A stretch of DNA of 64,000 nucleotides, taken from the NCBI GenBank assembly GCA_035500505.1, contig DATJXE010000006.1, positions 30,037-94,036 of the forward strand. Direction: 5' to 3'. Source of the stretch: Minisyncoccota bacterium (GTDB lineage: Bacteria > Patescibacteriota > Minisyncoccia > Phycocordibacterales > UBA2100). Below the pieces are notes generated by a model. It was not told where the DNA came from. It did not search any database and saw only the letters and a program-made list of their open reading frames with translations. The position numbers were made by a program, and so were the translations under genes. Below are positions 26,386 through 35,432 of the stretch, one piece after another (position 1 is the first letter of the stretch; each line of letters begins with the position of its first letter).

Positions 26386-27243
26386 ATGGAATGGGGTCTC
26401 AAACTCCTTGCGCCGGAGAGTTTTCCGCCGTTGCTCGGGGAAATCCCGGATGCACCAAAGCAATTACAGATGCGCGGAGAATTGCCAAGCTTCGATAAGA
26501 AGTGGTTGGCGGTCGTCGGCTCGCGTGCGATGACGCCCTACGGCAAACAGGCGTGCGATTATCTTGTATCGGGCCTTGCGGGATACCCGATCGTCATCGT
26601 GTCGGGCCTTGCCTACGGCATCGACGCGCAGGCGCACCGAAGCGCGCTTGATGCCGGACTTCCGACCGTCGCCGTTCCGGGCTCGGGACTCGATTGGAAG
26701 ACGTTGTATCCGAGGGCCAACGTTCCGCTCGCAAAAGAGATACTCGAAAAGGGCGGCGCGCTCGTATCGGAAGAGAAGCCCGACACGAAGGCCGCCGATT
26801 GGACGTTCCCGCGTCGCAATCGCATCATGGCCGGCATGTGCCACGCCACCCTCGTCGTCGAAGCCAAGGAAAGATCCGGCTCGCTCATCACCGCGAAGCT
26901 CGCGACCGATTACAACCGCGAACTTCTCATCGTCCCCGGTTCGATATTCTCCGAAGAGTCGCGCGGCGCGCACCAGTTCCTGCGTCTCGGCGCGGTAGCC
27001 GTTACATCCTCCGCCGACATTTTGCAGGCACTTGGCATCGTGCCGGAAACCAAAAGCGCCGCAGCGCGCAACGATCTCTCATCAGACGAGTTGCGCGTCG
27101 TCGAGCTCATCGCCTCTCCCATTTCGCGTGACGAACTCATCCGCACGCTCGAGATGTCGACCTCGGAAGCGAACATCCTGCTTTCGACGATGGAGCTCAA
27201 GGGCGTCATTGTGGAAGAACTAGGAGTTGTACGGGTTCGATAA
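26386..27243 (+). CDS. dprA: DNA-processing protein DprA (Smf)
   Basis: AVVGSRAMTPYGKQACDYLVSGLAGYPIVIVSGLAYGIDAQAHRSAL...RRNRIMAGMCHATLVVEA is the Rossmann-like DprA core. Confidence 0.85.
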   Translation: MEWGLKLLAPESFPPLLGEIPDAPKQLQMRGELPSFDKKWLAVVGSRAMTPYGKQACDYLVSGLAGYPIVIVSGLAYGIDAQAHRSALDAGLPTVAVPGSGLDWKTLYPRANVPLAKEILEKGGALVSEEKPDTKAADWTFPRRNRIMAGMCHATLVVEAKERSGSLITAKLATDYNRELLIVPGSIFSEESRGAHQFLRLGAVAVTSSADILQALGIVPETKSAAARNDLSSDELRVVELIASPISRDELIRTLEMSTSEANILLSTMELKGVIVEELGVVRVR

Positions 27244-27308
27244 CGCAGACTTGTCGTGTCCCATCAGGACGTGTAGCATAAAGTCGGATCCACAAGGAAA
27301 CTACCACC

Positions 27309-27773
27309 ATGACGAATCGACAAGCAAGGATGGGTGTCCGTCAGCGTGCCGAGTGGCTGTGCAAGGCTATCATCGCAAAAACGCCGTTGAAAGCGCTGTG
27401 CGATATGTTCGATGCGAAAGAGGATGATCTCCGCATGTTCGTCAAGCTCAATGTTCCGGACATGCTGGATCAGTTCGAAGACATCGTGCGGATGTCGAAG
27501 CCCGCGGTTACGCACCGTCCTCCGAGCGTTCCCACACATCGTCGGCGCAGAAGAACAGCTTTTCACCAGGCAGCATCCCCACAGAACGAGACGCGGCTCA
27601 CGGTGCAGGAGCAGCAGCTTGCAGATCTCCTCTCCGGCGACTTGCGCTTTTCGGAAGAGGATCGCCCCTTCAACCAGTTGCCCGAAGAAGTCCGGGACCA
27701 GCTCCGCGAGAAAGTCGATGATTTCATGATTTGGAGGGAGCGCGAGATGCTCCATCCTCGATCGAGGCTCTGA
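27309..27773 (+). CDS. Hypothetical protein
   Basis: A 154-aa ORF followed 8 nt later by a strong intrinsic terminator. Confidence 0.45.
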   Translation: MTNRQARMGVRQRAEWLCKAIIAKTPLKALCDMFDAKEDDLRMFVKLNVPDMLDQFEDIVRMSKPAVTHRPPSVPTHRRRRRTAFHQAASPQNETRLTVQEQQLADLLSGDLRFSEEDRPFNQLPEEVRDQLREKVDDFMIWREREMLHPRSRL

Positions 27774-27781
27774 ATCCCAGT

Positions 27782-27822
27782 GCCGGGTCTGCGTGAGTGC
27801 AGACCCGGCATCTTGTTTGTAT
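27782..27822 (+). terminator. Intrinsic terminator (11-bp stem GCCGGGTCTGC/GCAGACCCGGC, loop GTGAGT, then ATCTTGTTTGT)
   Basis: Read directly. Confidence 0.65.
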
Positions 27823-27908
27823 CCGACACTTTCTTGTTATATAACCTTCGCAGCGTATGTGTTGCGTGTTGCGTCGCGTATCTGGCAACAGATACAAAGG
27901 AACGCGAC

Positions 27909-28325
27909 ATGGCTAGGAAACCGAGATTCTGGAAAAGTCTTCCGCCCGAAGACAAAAAAGGGATCGTCAAAAGCCTGCTCGGGGCAGGCTACACCCGGGA
28001 AGCAGTCGGTACTGCGTTGGGCACTACCAAGGACGCAGTCGTGGGCTACCAGCATCGGAAACTTCCCGAACTGACCGGCCAATCGGAGGGAACGCTCGAT
28101 TTCGTGCCGGAAGACGTGTTGCGTGATCTCCTGACGAAGGTCTGGCCGGTTGAAAGCGGTACGTCTTCGGCTGCAACCGAACAAGATTTAACTTCGGATG
28201 AACCTGGTCGAGTTGTGACCCACAAACTCGCGAACGCCTGGAATCAATGCAAGTATTCTGGCGGGTGCGGATACGAACGTCTCCCTGGGATGAACAATTG
28301 CGGACGTCCCGGACACGACAAATGA
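27909..28325 (+). CDS. GcrA-like HTH domain protein (hypothetical)
   Basis: From MARKPRFWKSL, the segment LPPEDKKGIVKSLLGAGYTREAVGTALGTTKDAVVGYQHRKL resembles the N-terminal HTH of GcrA cell-cycle regulators. The C-terminus is Cys-containing. A terminator follows. Confidence 0.4.
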   Translation: MARKPRFWKSLPPEDKKGIVKSLLGAGYTREAVGTALGTTKDAVVGYQHRKLPELTGQSEGTLDFVPEDVLRDLLTKVWPVESGTSSAATEQDLTSDEPGRVVTHKLANAWNQCKYSGGCGYERLPGMNNCGRPGHDK

Positions 28326-28343
28326 GTTCTGTTGCGTTGAGTT

Positions 28344-28370
28344 GCCCGGCACTTGTCGGGCATCTTTTTT
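28344..28370 (+). terminator. Intrinsic terminator (GCCCGG...CCGGGC stem then ATCTTTTTTA)
   Basis: Read directly. Confidence 0.55.
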
Positions 28371-28380
28371 ATGGAAACAA

Positions 28381-28409
28381 CTTGACACGTGCTAGTGTTG
28401 TGAAGTATC
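28381..28409 (+). promoter_or_regulatory. Putative sigma70-type promoter TTGACA-N18-TATCAA immediately upstream of the topA ATG (leaderless-like)
   Basis: Read directly. The -10 ends 1-2 nt before the first ATG at 28411; an alternative start MKLVIVESP lies at 28423. Confidence 0.35.
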
Positions 28410-28410
28410 A

Positions 28411-30585
28411 ATGCCAACTCGCATGAAACTCGTAATAGTAGAATCGCCCGCAAAAGCGAAGACGATCGAGAAATATCTCGGGAAGGATTTTACGGTGCGC
28501 GCCTCGGTGGGCCACATCCGCGATCTTCCCAAGAGCAACAAGGACGCCGTCGACGTGGAGGGCGGCTTTGTGCCGCGCTACCAGATCGTCGCGGAAAAAC
28601 AGAAGGTCATTGATGAGCTGGAGCGCGAGGCTCGGAAGGCGGACGAAGTCATTCTCGCGACCGACCCCGACCGCGAGGGCGAAGCGATAGCGTGGCACTT
28701 GGCCCAGACCATTGGGCTCAAAAAACCTAAGCGCATCGTCTTCCACGAAATAACCGAAACGGCAGTGCAGGATGCCTTGAAGCATCCGCGCGCGATAGAT
28801 GACGAGCTGGTACGCGCGCAGGAGGCGCGCCGTGTTCTCGATAGGCTCTTTGGATACGACCTCTCCGGACTCATCTGGAAAAAGGTACGGTATGGCCTTT
28901 CCGCAGGCCGCGTCCAGTCCCCCGCCCTGCGTATATTGATGGAACGTGAACGGGAGATACGAGCCTTCGTGCCTGAGAAATTCTGGGTACTCGAGGCTGA
29001 TCTCAAAACAAAGAAAAACGAAAAATTCACGGTCATTTGCTCGGAAGAGCCGAAGACGGAGAAAGAGGCCGACAAAATATTGAAGGCCGCGCAGGAAGGT
29101 TCGTGGAGCGTAAAGAGCTTGGAGGAAACGGAGGCCGCCCGCCAGCCGCGCGCACCCTTCACGACCTCGACCCTGCAACAGGTCGCATCGACCCGCTTCG
29201 GCTTCTCCCCCTCGCGCACGATGCGTATCGCGCAAAAATTGTACGAGGCCGGACACATCACGTATATGCGCACCGACTCGACGAACCTTGCGAAAGAGGC
29301 ACAAGGTGCCTTGATCGCGCTCGTGCGCGACGAGTACGGCGAGAAGTACGTGTCTCCGCGCGTCTACAAAACCAAGAGCAAGTCCGCGCAAGAGGCGCAC
29401 GAAGCGATCCGTCCCTCGAATCCGCGTAAGGTCTCTGCGGGAGGCAACGACGAGCAGAAAAAACTCTATCAACTAATACGCGCTCGCGCGCTCGCCTCGC
29501 AAATGGCGGCGGCGTCCATCATGCGGACGAAACTGACGGCGACGGTCGCGGATGCGCCCGATTTTGCCGCCAATGGTTCGCGCATCATCTTTGACGGCTG
29601 GCTCAAGGCCGACCCGGCCGCGCGCGGCGAGGACGTTGAGTTACCGAAGGTCGCTGCGGGCGATCCGTTGACCCTCATCGAGGCCCGTTCCGACGGGCGC
29701 GAAACGCAGCCGCCTGCGCGCTACTCCGAGGCAGGTCTTGTGAAGGAATTGGAAAAAAGAGGCATCGGACGGCCGAGCACGTACGCTTCTATTATTAAGA
29801 CGCTCGAAGACCGTGGCTACGTGGAGAAACAAGGCCGCACGCTCCTGCCAACGGCGACCGGCGATGTTGTGTCGAGTTTTATCGAAACGAATTTCGGCGA
29901 CTATATTTCCGATACCTTCACGGCTGAAATGGAGAACGAGCTTGACGAGATAGCGGAGGGAAAAAGAAAGTATGAAAAGACGCTCAAAGATTTCTACTCT
30001 CCCTTTAACAAAGCGGTGAAATCAAAAGCGAAGATCCCGAAGATAACTTCGATGGGCGACGCGCCAGAAGAATTCCCCTGCCCCATTTGCGGCGGACCGA
30101 TGGAATACAAACTCTCGAAGAACGGACGGTTCATGTCGTGCAAGCGTTTTCCGGAGTGCCTTGGCGCGCGCAAGGAAGATGGTTCCGAAATAGCGCCGCC
30201 GAAAGAGTTGAACGAACCGTGCCCGCTCGATGGCGGCAAGCTCATCGAGCGCGAAGGCCGTTATGGGCGTTTCATCGCCTGCGCGAACTACCCGAAATGC
30301 AAATTCGTGAAGAAAGACCCGGTCGAAGAAGCGAAATCGAAGACCGGTGTGCAATGCCCCGTGTGCCACAAAGGAGAAATGGTCGAACGGCGCGGACGCT
30401 TCGGCCTCTTCTATGCGTGCTCGAACTACCCCGACTGCAAGAACACCATCAAAGCGCGGCCGACCGGTCGCATCTGCGAAGTCTGCGGTTCCCTGATGAT
30501 GGAAGGAACGAAGACCATCCCCGAGCGCTGTTCGAACAAAGGGTGCCCCAACCACAACCCGCATAAGCTCGCCGGAAAGAAGTGA
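28411..30585 (+). CDS. topA: DNA topoisomerase I with C-terminal C4 zinc-ribbon repeats
   Basis: KLVIVESPAKAKTIEKYLG..., TOPRIM, DLSGLIWKKV, and an active-site Tyr region. Four CxxC...CxxC zinc ribbons are at the C-terminus. Confidence 0.95.
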   Translation: MPTRMKLVIVESPAKAKTIEKYLGKDFTVRASVGHIRDLPKSNKDAVDVEGGFVPRYQIVAEKQKVIDELEREARKADEVILATDPDREGEAIAWHLAQTIGLKKPKRIVFHEITETAVQDALKHPRAIDDELVRAQEARRVLDRLFGYDLSGLIWKKVRYGLSAGRVQSPALRILMEREREIRAFVPEKFWVLEADLKTKKNEKFTVICSEEPKTEKEADKILKAAQEGSWSVKSLEETEAARQPRAPFTTSTLQQVASTRFGFSPSRTMRIAQKLYEAGHITYMRTDSTNLAKEAQGALIALVRDEYGEKYVSPRVYKTKSKSAQEAHEAIRPSNPRKVSAGGNDEQKKLYQLIRARALASQMAAASIMRTKLTATVADAPDFAANGSRIIFDGWLKADPAARGEDVELPKVAAGDPLTLIEARSDGRETQPPARYSEAGLVKELEKRGIGRPSTYASIIKTLEDRGYVEKQGRTLLPTATGDVVSSFIETNFGDYISDTFTAEMENELDEIAEGKRKYEKTLKDFYSPFNKAVKSKAKIPKITSMGDAPEEFPCPICGGPMEYKLSKNGRFMSCKRFPECLGARKEDGSEIAPPKELNEPCPLDGGKLIEREGRYGRFIACANYPKCKFVKKDPVEEAKSKTGVQCPVCHKGEMVERRGRFGLFYACSNYPDCKNTIKARPTGRICEVCGSLMMEGTKTIPERCSNKGCPNHNPHKLAGKK

Positions 30586-30626
30586 TACTTCATTGCCAAG
30601 TTCACTGTCAGCAGTATTATCAGTGA

Positions 30627-32156
30627 ATGACAGCCGCAACGCCCAGGCCACTGAAGGAAATTCTCGACGCAATGTCGTCCAAGGACACCTCGGACATCGA
30701 CCTCGTCTCGAAAGCATACGAATTCGCCGAGACCGCGCACAAGGACCAGAAGCGTTACTCGGGCGATCCCTATTTCATCCACCCGGCAGAGGTCGGTTTT
30801 TCTCTCGCGCAGGCGGGAATGGATGCACACGCGATCGCGGCTGGCCTTTTGCACGACACCATTGAAGACGCCGGCGTGAAGCCCGCAACGATCGAGGAGC
30901 AATTCGGCAAGGAGGTCTTGACGCTCGTCGAAGGCGTCACGAAACTCGGCGCTCTACGCTATCGCGGCCTTGAGCGACACACCGAATCGCTCCGCAAACT
31001 CTTCGCGGCGACCGCAAAGGACATCCGCGTGCTCATCATCAAACTGATGGACCGCCTGCACAATGCGCGCACGCTCGAATTCGTGCCGAAGGAAGAAAAG
31101 CGCACGCGCATCGCGCTCGAGACGCTCGAGATATACGCTCCGATAGCGGACCGCCTCGGCATGAGCCTTCTCAAGCAAGAGCTCGAGGACGCGGCGTTCC
31201 CTTTCGCGCAGCCGAAAGAGTACGAGAAAACGCGCGAGATATTCAAGGAGCGCAAGCATGAGAACGAGAAGCGGCTCGAGAAGACCGAGCACGACCTCAA
31301 GCGCGAACTCGGAGAGGCGGGGCTCTTGAATTTCCGTACCGAAGCGCGCGTCAAAGGCGCGTACAGCCTCTTCCGCAAACTCGAGCGCAAGAGTTGGGAT
31401 TTTTCGAAGGTGTACGACATGCGCGCGCTGCGCGTCATCTTCCCGACGGTCGCCGATTGCTACTCGGCGCTCGGCGTCATCCACGCGCACTGGCGTCCGG
31501 TGCCCGGCAAGATAAAGGATTACATCGCCTTCCCGAAACCCAACGGCTACCAATCCATCCATACGACCGTGTACACGGGCGACGGCGGCGCCATCGAGAT
31601 ACAGCTGCGCACCGAAGCGCAGCACCGCGAAGCGCTTTTCGGCATCGCGTCCCACCTGACCTACAAAGAATCGCTCGAGGGCGGCAAGCGGCGCAGCAGT
31701 CTCGACTGGCTCCGTCAATTCTTCCCCGGTCGCGGAAAGAACGCGGACAAGCTTGCGCCGAACGAACGGGGCGGCGTGCCGGAGTGGGTCACGGAACTCG
31801 CTCACGCGCACGGCGATCAGGAGTCCGAGGAATATCTCGACACCCTGAAGACCGATTTTTTCAGCCACCGCGTATTCGTCTTCACGCCAAAAGGCGACGT
31901 CATCGACCTGCCCATCGAAGCCACGCCGATCGATTTCGCGTATGCGGTGCACTCCGATCTCGGCAACCACATGTCCGGCGCCCGCGTCAACGGCAAAATG
32001 GTGTCGCTCGAAACCCCGCTCCGGAACGGCGACATGGTGGAAATAATCACGAAGCCTGCAGGAAAACCGTCACGCAAGTGGCACGACATCGCGAAGACGA
32101 GCATGGCGAAGAAGCACATACGCGCGGCGCTCTCGGCGGCGGATAGGAAAAGGTAG
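30627..32156 (+). CDS. rel: Bifunctional (p)ppGpp synthetase/hydrolase, RelA/SpoT family (short form, HD + synthetase + TGS)
   Basis: The HD domain has HDTIEDAG. The synthetase domain has RVKGAYSLFRKL...YIAFPKPNGYQSIHT. A TGS-like C-terminus follows. The protein is 509 aa. Confidence 0.9.
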   Translation: MTAATPRPLKEILDAMSSKDTSDIDLVSKAYEFAETAHKDQKRYSGDPYFIHPAEVGFSLAQAGMDAHAIAAGLLHDTIEDAGVKPATIEEQFGKEVLTLVEGVTKLGALRYRGLERHTESLRKLFAATAKDIRVLIIKLMDRLHNARTLEFVPKEEKRTRIALETLEIYAPIADRLGMSLLKQELEDAAFPFAQPKEYEKTREIFKERKHENEKRLEKTEHDLKRELGEAGLLNFRTEARVKGAYSLFRKLERKSWDFSKVYDMRALRVIFPTVADCYSALGVIHAHWRPVPGKIKDYIAFPKPNGYQSIHTTVYTGDGGAIEIQLRTEAQHREALFGIASHLTYKESLEGGKRRSSLDWLRQFFPGRGKNADKLAPNERGGVPEWVTELAHAHGDQESEEYLDTLKTDFFSHRVFVFTPKGDVIDLPIEATPIDFAYAVHSDLGNHMSGARVNGKMVSLETPLRNGDMVEIITKPAGKPSRKWHDIAKTSMAKKHIRAALSAADRKR

Positions 32157-32160
32157 GGAG

Positions 32161-32287
32161 CAGCCCGCTTACACATCCTCTTTACTTTCCACTTTCGATA
32201 AAGCAACCTTTCGCCCTCAGGGTCCGGCACAGATATGGACGCCGAGGTGAAATTGAACACGAGTAAAGAGGATGTGTAAGCGGGCTG
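32161..32287. repeat. Hairpin element 1: perfect 26-bp inverted repeat (CAGCCCGCTTACACATCCTCTTTACT and its reverse complement) around a 75-nt loop
   Basis: Read directly: arms at 32161-32186 and 32262-32287. Confidence 0.85.
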
Positions 32288-32297
32288 CCATTGGTCG

Positions 32298-32429
32298 AGG
32301 TGGCGCGGAGTGGGTCGTTTTTGCTATCTTCTTCGAACAAAAAGACTTTTATATATGTGCCGGACCCTAACGTGAAGTTACAACATGCTCGAACGCGAGA
32401 GGGCAAAAACGACCCACTCCGCGCCACCT
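32298..32429. repeat. Hairpin element 2: perfect 27-bp inverted repeat (AGGTGGCGCGGAGTGGGTCGTTTTTGC and its reverse complement) around a 78-nt loop; loop segment 32357-32368 is complementary to loop segment 32219-32230 of element 1
   Basis: Read directly: arms at 32298-32324 and 32403-32429. The right arm abuts the parB stop codon. Confidence 0.85.
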
Positions 32430-33372
32430 ACACCGAAAAATTCGAGATAGAGTACAGGTCGTCGGACCCGTCACTTGCGGACCCTTGAGGAGCAGATGGT
32501 TCCTCCCCGACTTGCTCGGATGGCGCGGAAGCGGGCGGTTGCGTGGCGCCCGCGCGAGAGACCATGTCGCGGATGTGCGCGAGATCGTCGACGGAAAAGA
32601 ATTCTATCAACACCTTCCCGCCCTGATCCTTTTTCTCGATGCGCACGCGCGTGCCGAATTTTTCGGTAAGTTCGCGCTCGAGGAGAAGGAGTTCCGGCGT
32701 GAGGTCACCCTTGCGCGCGCGCTCCGTCGCGATCCGCCGCGCCATTTGTTCGGTATCGCGCACAGTGAGACGCTTGGCGATAACTTCTTTGAAAAGCGTC
32801 ACCTGTTCGGCCGCTCTGTCCATGAGCATCAGAAGAGGCCGCGTGTGACCTTCGCTTATTTCCCCGCTCGAAAGCGCGTCTTGCATTTCTTTGGGCAACC
32901 CCAAGATGCGCAGCGTGTTGGAGACGTACTCGCGACTCTTACCGACTCGTTTTCCTATCTCGGCATGCTTCAGGCCGAACTCGTTCGCGAGGCGCTGGAA
33001 AGCCAAGGCCCGATCGATCGGGTTCAGATCTTCGCGTTGTAAGTTCTCGATGATGGCGATCTCGAGTTTCACCCGGTCGGAATCTTCGGCCGTGCGGATG
33101 ACGACCGGCACTTCGCGCACGCCGGCCATCTTCGCCGCGCGAAGCCTTCGCTCGCCGGCTATCAGTTCGTACTCGACGGAAATACCTTCCCCAGGCCGTT
33201 CTATCTCTTTGCGCGTAACAGTAAGGGGTTGGAGAACGCCATAGCTGCGTATCGACTCCGCGAGGGACGCGAGCGCAGCCTCGTCGAAAGTCTTTCGCGG
33301 CTGGAACGGATTGGGTTTTATCCTTTCAACCTCGACCCAAAAAATGGAATCATAGCGTCCATTACCTGGCAT
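32428..33372 (-). CDS. parB: ParB/Spo0J chromosome partitioning protein
   Basis: ParB N-terminal box (GERRLRAAKMAGV...), HTH, and C-terminal dimerisation region. No parA is adjacent on either side. Confidence 0.85.
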   Translation of the reverse strand: MPGNGRYDSIFWVEVERIKPNPFQPRKTFDEAALASLAESIRSYGVLQPLTVTRKEIERPGEGISVEYELIAGERRLRAAKMAGVREVPVVIRTAEDSDRVKLEIAIIENLQREDLNPIDRALAFQRLANEFGLKHAEIGKRVGKSREYVSNTLRILGLPKEMQDALSSGEISEGHTRPLLMLMDRAAEQVTLFKEVIAKRLTVRDTEQMARRIATERARKGDLTPELLLLERELTEKFGTRVRIEKKDQGGKVLIEFFSVDDLAHIRDMVSRAGATQPPASAPSEQVGEEPSAPQGSASDGSDDLYSISNFSV

Positions 33373-33403
33373 AGCGCAAGTATATCACGCTCATTTTTAA
33401 CTC

Positions 33404-34198
33404 GTGTTGAAGTTTTTTACAGCTTTTATCGATATGACACATGCTATACTTTTTCGCATGCAAACCTACTCGATCAGGTCCGCCGACATGGTGCTCGACG
33501 CGCCGCATGCGCGCGGGCGCACCTACATATTGAAACTGCGCGACCTGCCTCCTGCGGAAAAGCCGCGGGAAAAACTTCTCGCGCTCGGCGCCTCCGCGCT
33601 TTCGGTCGCGGAACTCATCTCCCTCGTGCTCGGGAACGGGACCACGAAGGAGGACGTCCGCACGATGAGCGAGAGGATCGTGCGCGAGTACGGCGAACGC
33701 AGCCTTGCAGGCGACACCGATCCGGAGAAGCTCAGCAAGGACCTCGGCATTCCGCTCGTGAAAGCGATGCAGATCGCGGCATGCGCGGAGCTCGGCAGGC
33801 GCTTTTTCAGCAAGAACGAGCGGGGGCTTGTCGTCGTGCGCACGGCGAGCGACGTTTTCGACTACCTCAAAGATATGCGCGACCTTTCCAAGGAGCACCT
33901 GCGCGGGCTCTACCTCGACAATCAGCACAAGGTCATCCACGATGAAGTCATTTCGATAGGCACCATCGATGCCAATCTCGTGCACCCGCGTGAAGTGTTC
34001 AAGCCGGCGCTCGAATATTCCGCCGTCGCGGTCATTCTCGCGCACAACCACCCGTCCGGCTCCACGGAGCCGAGTGAAGCCGACATCGGGATAACGAAAC
34101 AGCTCGTGCAAAGCGGAAAGATAATGGGCATCCAACTTCTCGACCACGTCATCATCACGAGGACCGCGTTTGCGAGCATCCCCGTCTCGTATGACTAG
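33404..34198 (+). CDS. radC: RadC-like JAB-domain protein
   Basis: HNHPSGSTEPSEADIGITKQL is the JAMM motif, and there is an N-terminal HhH-like region. Confidence 0.8.
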   Translation: MLKFFTAFIDMTHAILFRMQTYSIRSADMVLDAPHARGRTYILKLRDLPPAEKPREKLLALGASALSVAELISLVLGNGTTKEDVRTMSERIVREYGERSLAGDTDPEKLSKDLGIPLVKAMQIAACAELGRRFFSKNERGLVVVRTASDVFDYLKDMRDLSKEHLRGLYLDNQHKVIHDEVISIGTIDANLVHPREVFKPALEYSAVAVILAHNHPSGSTEPSEADIGITKQLVQSGKIMGIQLLDHVIITRTAFASIPVSYD

Positions 34199-34472
34199 CG
34201 CCTACGCCGTGCGCTCGCCGGTCTTTTTTACCGGCGCACCGTTCGGATTTTCTTTCGTGCGCGATATGCCGCGGGAGGACGCGTTCCGCCGCGTCGAATT
34301 CCACGTCGCGAGCGGCGATTATTTCGGAACGCTCGCAACGCTGATGCAGTTGATGGCCGACGCGATAGCTTCGGGAGACGCTGCCGCGAAGCAGCGATGT
34401 ATCACAACATTGAAAGAATTGTCGGAAGATCTCGTGTACCTCCAGGAGCGATACGCGATACGGAAAAAATAA
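34191..34472 (+). CDS. Hypothetical small helical protein
   Basis: The ATG overlaps the radC stop (ATGACTAG). The 93-aa ORF is followed by a terminator. Confidence 0.4.
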   Translation: MTSAYAVRSPVFFTGAPFGFSFVRDMPREDAFRRVEFHVASGDYFGTLATLMQLMADAIASGDAAAKQRCITTLKELSEDLVYLQERYAIRKK

Positions 34473-34478
34473 AATCAA

Positions 34479-34525
34479 AAGGGTCCGTTCGCATTCCGGC
34501 GTCGGACCCTTGGAGTTTTCTTATT
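34479..34525. terminator. Intrinsic terminator (9-bp stem AAGGGTCCG/CGGACCCTT, 15-nt loop, then GGAGTTTTCTTATT)
   Basis: Read directly. It lies between convergent genes. Confidence 0.5.
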
Positions 34526-34539
34526 CATGCCACGTCTCC

Positions 34540-34845
34540 TTATTCCGCAGCCATCTGCTGCTGTTGCCTGAGAACGGTCTTAACGACGACATCGCATCTC
34601 TCGCCGATAGTTCGTACTGCATCGCCGTGTGCAAGGTCGTAGGTCGTGCGCAGCGGCCAGGAAAATTCATGCTTAGTTCCATCATCGAGTCGATAGCTGA
34701 GTGACGTTTGCCACCCACCTATTTTCTCGCGGATGTATATCTTGGGGTACCGAGCATTCCGAGGAATGTCCATTACCTCCTCCAATCGGCAGACGCAGAA
34801 CATGCTGCCGGAAAACATCCAAGCACATTTCCATTCGAGAATCAA
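34540..34845 (-). CDS. Hypothetical protein (start uncertain; the track start is a TTG)
   Basis: Conserved-looking core ...PKIYIREKIGGWQTSLSYRLDDGTKHEF.... It is 3' adjacent to pth. Confidence 0.3.
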   Translation of the reverse strand: MILEWKCAWMFSGSMFCVCRLEEVMDIPRNARYPKIYIREKIGGWQTSLSYRLDDGTKHEFSWPLRTTYDLAHGDAVRTIGERCDVVVKTVLRQQQQMAAE

Positions 34846-35432
34846 TTGAACTTGTTCATCGCGATCTCGCGTCCGTCGGTGACGATCATTTCGACGGCGT
34901 CGGCGACGCGTTTGAAGATCCGTTTCAATTCTTCGAGTTCGTTCGGCTTAAAGCGAGTGAGGATGAAATTGACGACGACTTTTTCGCCGACGGGTTTTCG
35001 GATAGCGCCGCTCGCGGTCGACGGCGAGACGCCGACGCGGATGCGGACGAACTTTCTCGTCTTCAACGCGCGCTCGATGGATTCAATTCCCTTGTGGCCG
35101 CCCGATCCTCTGTCGAACGAGAGCTTCATGGTGCCGAGCGGAAGGTCGAGATCGTCGTACACGACTATCAAACGTTCCGCTGCCTTCTGACTTTTCACGA
35201 ATTTCGCGAGCGCGGCGCCGGATTTGTTCATAAACGTGTCGGGTGCGACCAAAACCGCGAGTGTTTTGCCTATCATGCCGCGGCTGACGCGCGCTTTCGC
35301 CTTTTTGTCCTCCTTCCACTCGCCGAATGTGCTCGCCTTCGCAAAAAACTCCACCGCCATGCGTCCGGTGTTGTGCCGCGTCGACACATATTCCTCTCCG
35401 GGATTGCCGAGACCCGCGATGATCCACGTCAT
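34842..35432 (-). CDS. pth: Peptidyl-tRNA hydrolase
   Basis: From MTWIIAGLGNPGEEYVSTRHNTGRM...; the upstream extension in the track ORF looks non-coding. Confidence 0.9.
   Translation of the reverse strand: MTWIIAGLGNPGEEYVSTRHNTGRMAVEFFAKASTFGEWKEDKKAKARVSRGMIGKTLAVLVAPDTFMNKSGAALAKFVKSQKAAERLIVVYDDLDLPLGTMKLSFDRGSGGHKGIESIERALKTRKFVRIRVGVSPSTASGAIRKPVGEKVVVNFILTRFKPNELEELKRIFKRVADAVEMIVTDGREIAMNKFN

Noticed and set aside
30585-30627. Short inverted repeat TTCACTG...CAGTGAA between topA and rel
   Set aside because: Only a 7-bp stem with a 13-nt loop and no flanking T-run. It is too weak to call a terminator or operator.
32182-32488. Track ORFs 32182..32427 (-) and 32291..32488 (+) inside the rel-parB spacer
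   Set aside because: They are mirror-image artefacts of the long inverted repeats. They have odd composition and no plausible start context, and the region is better explained as structured non-coding DNA/RNA.
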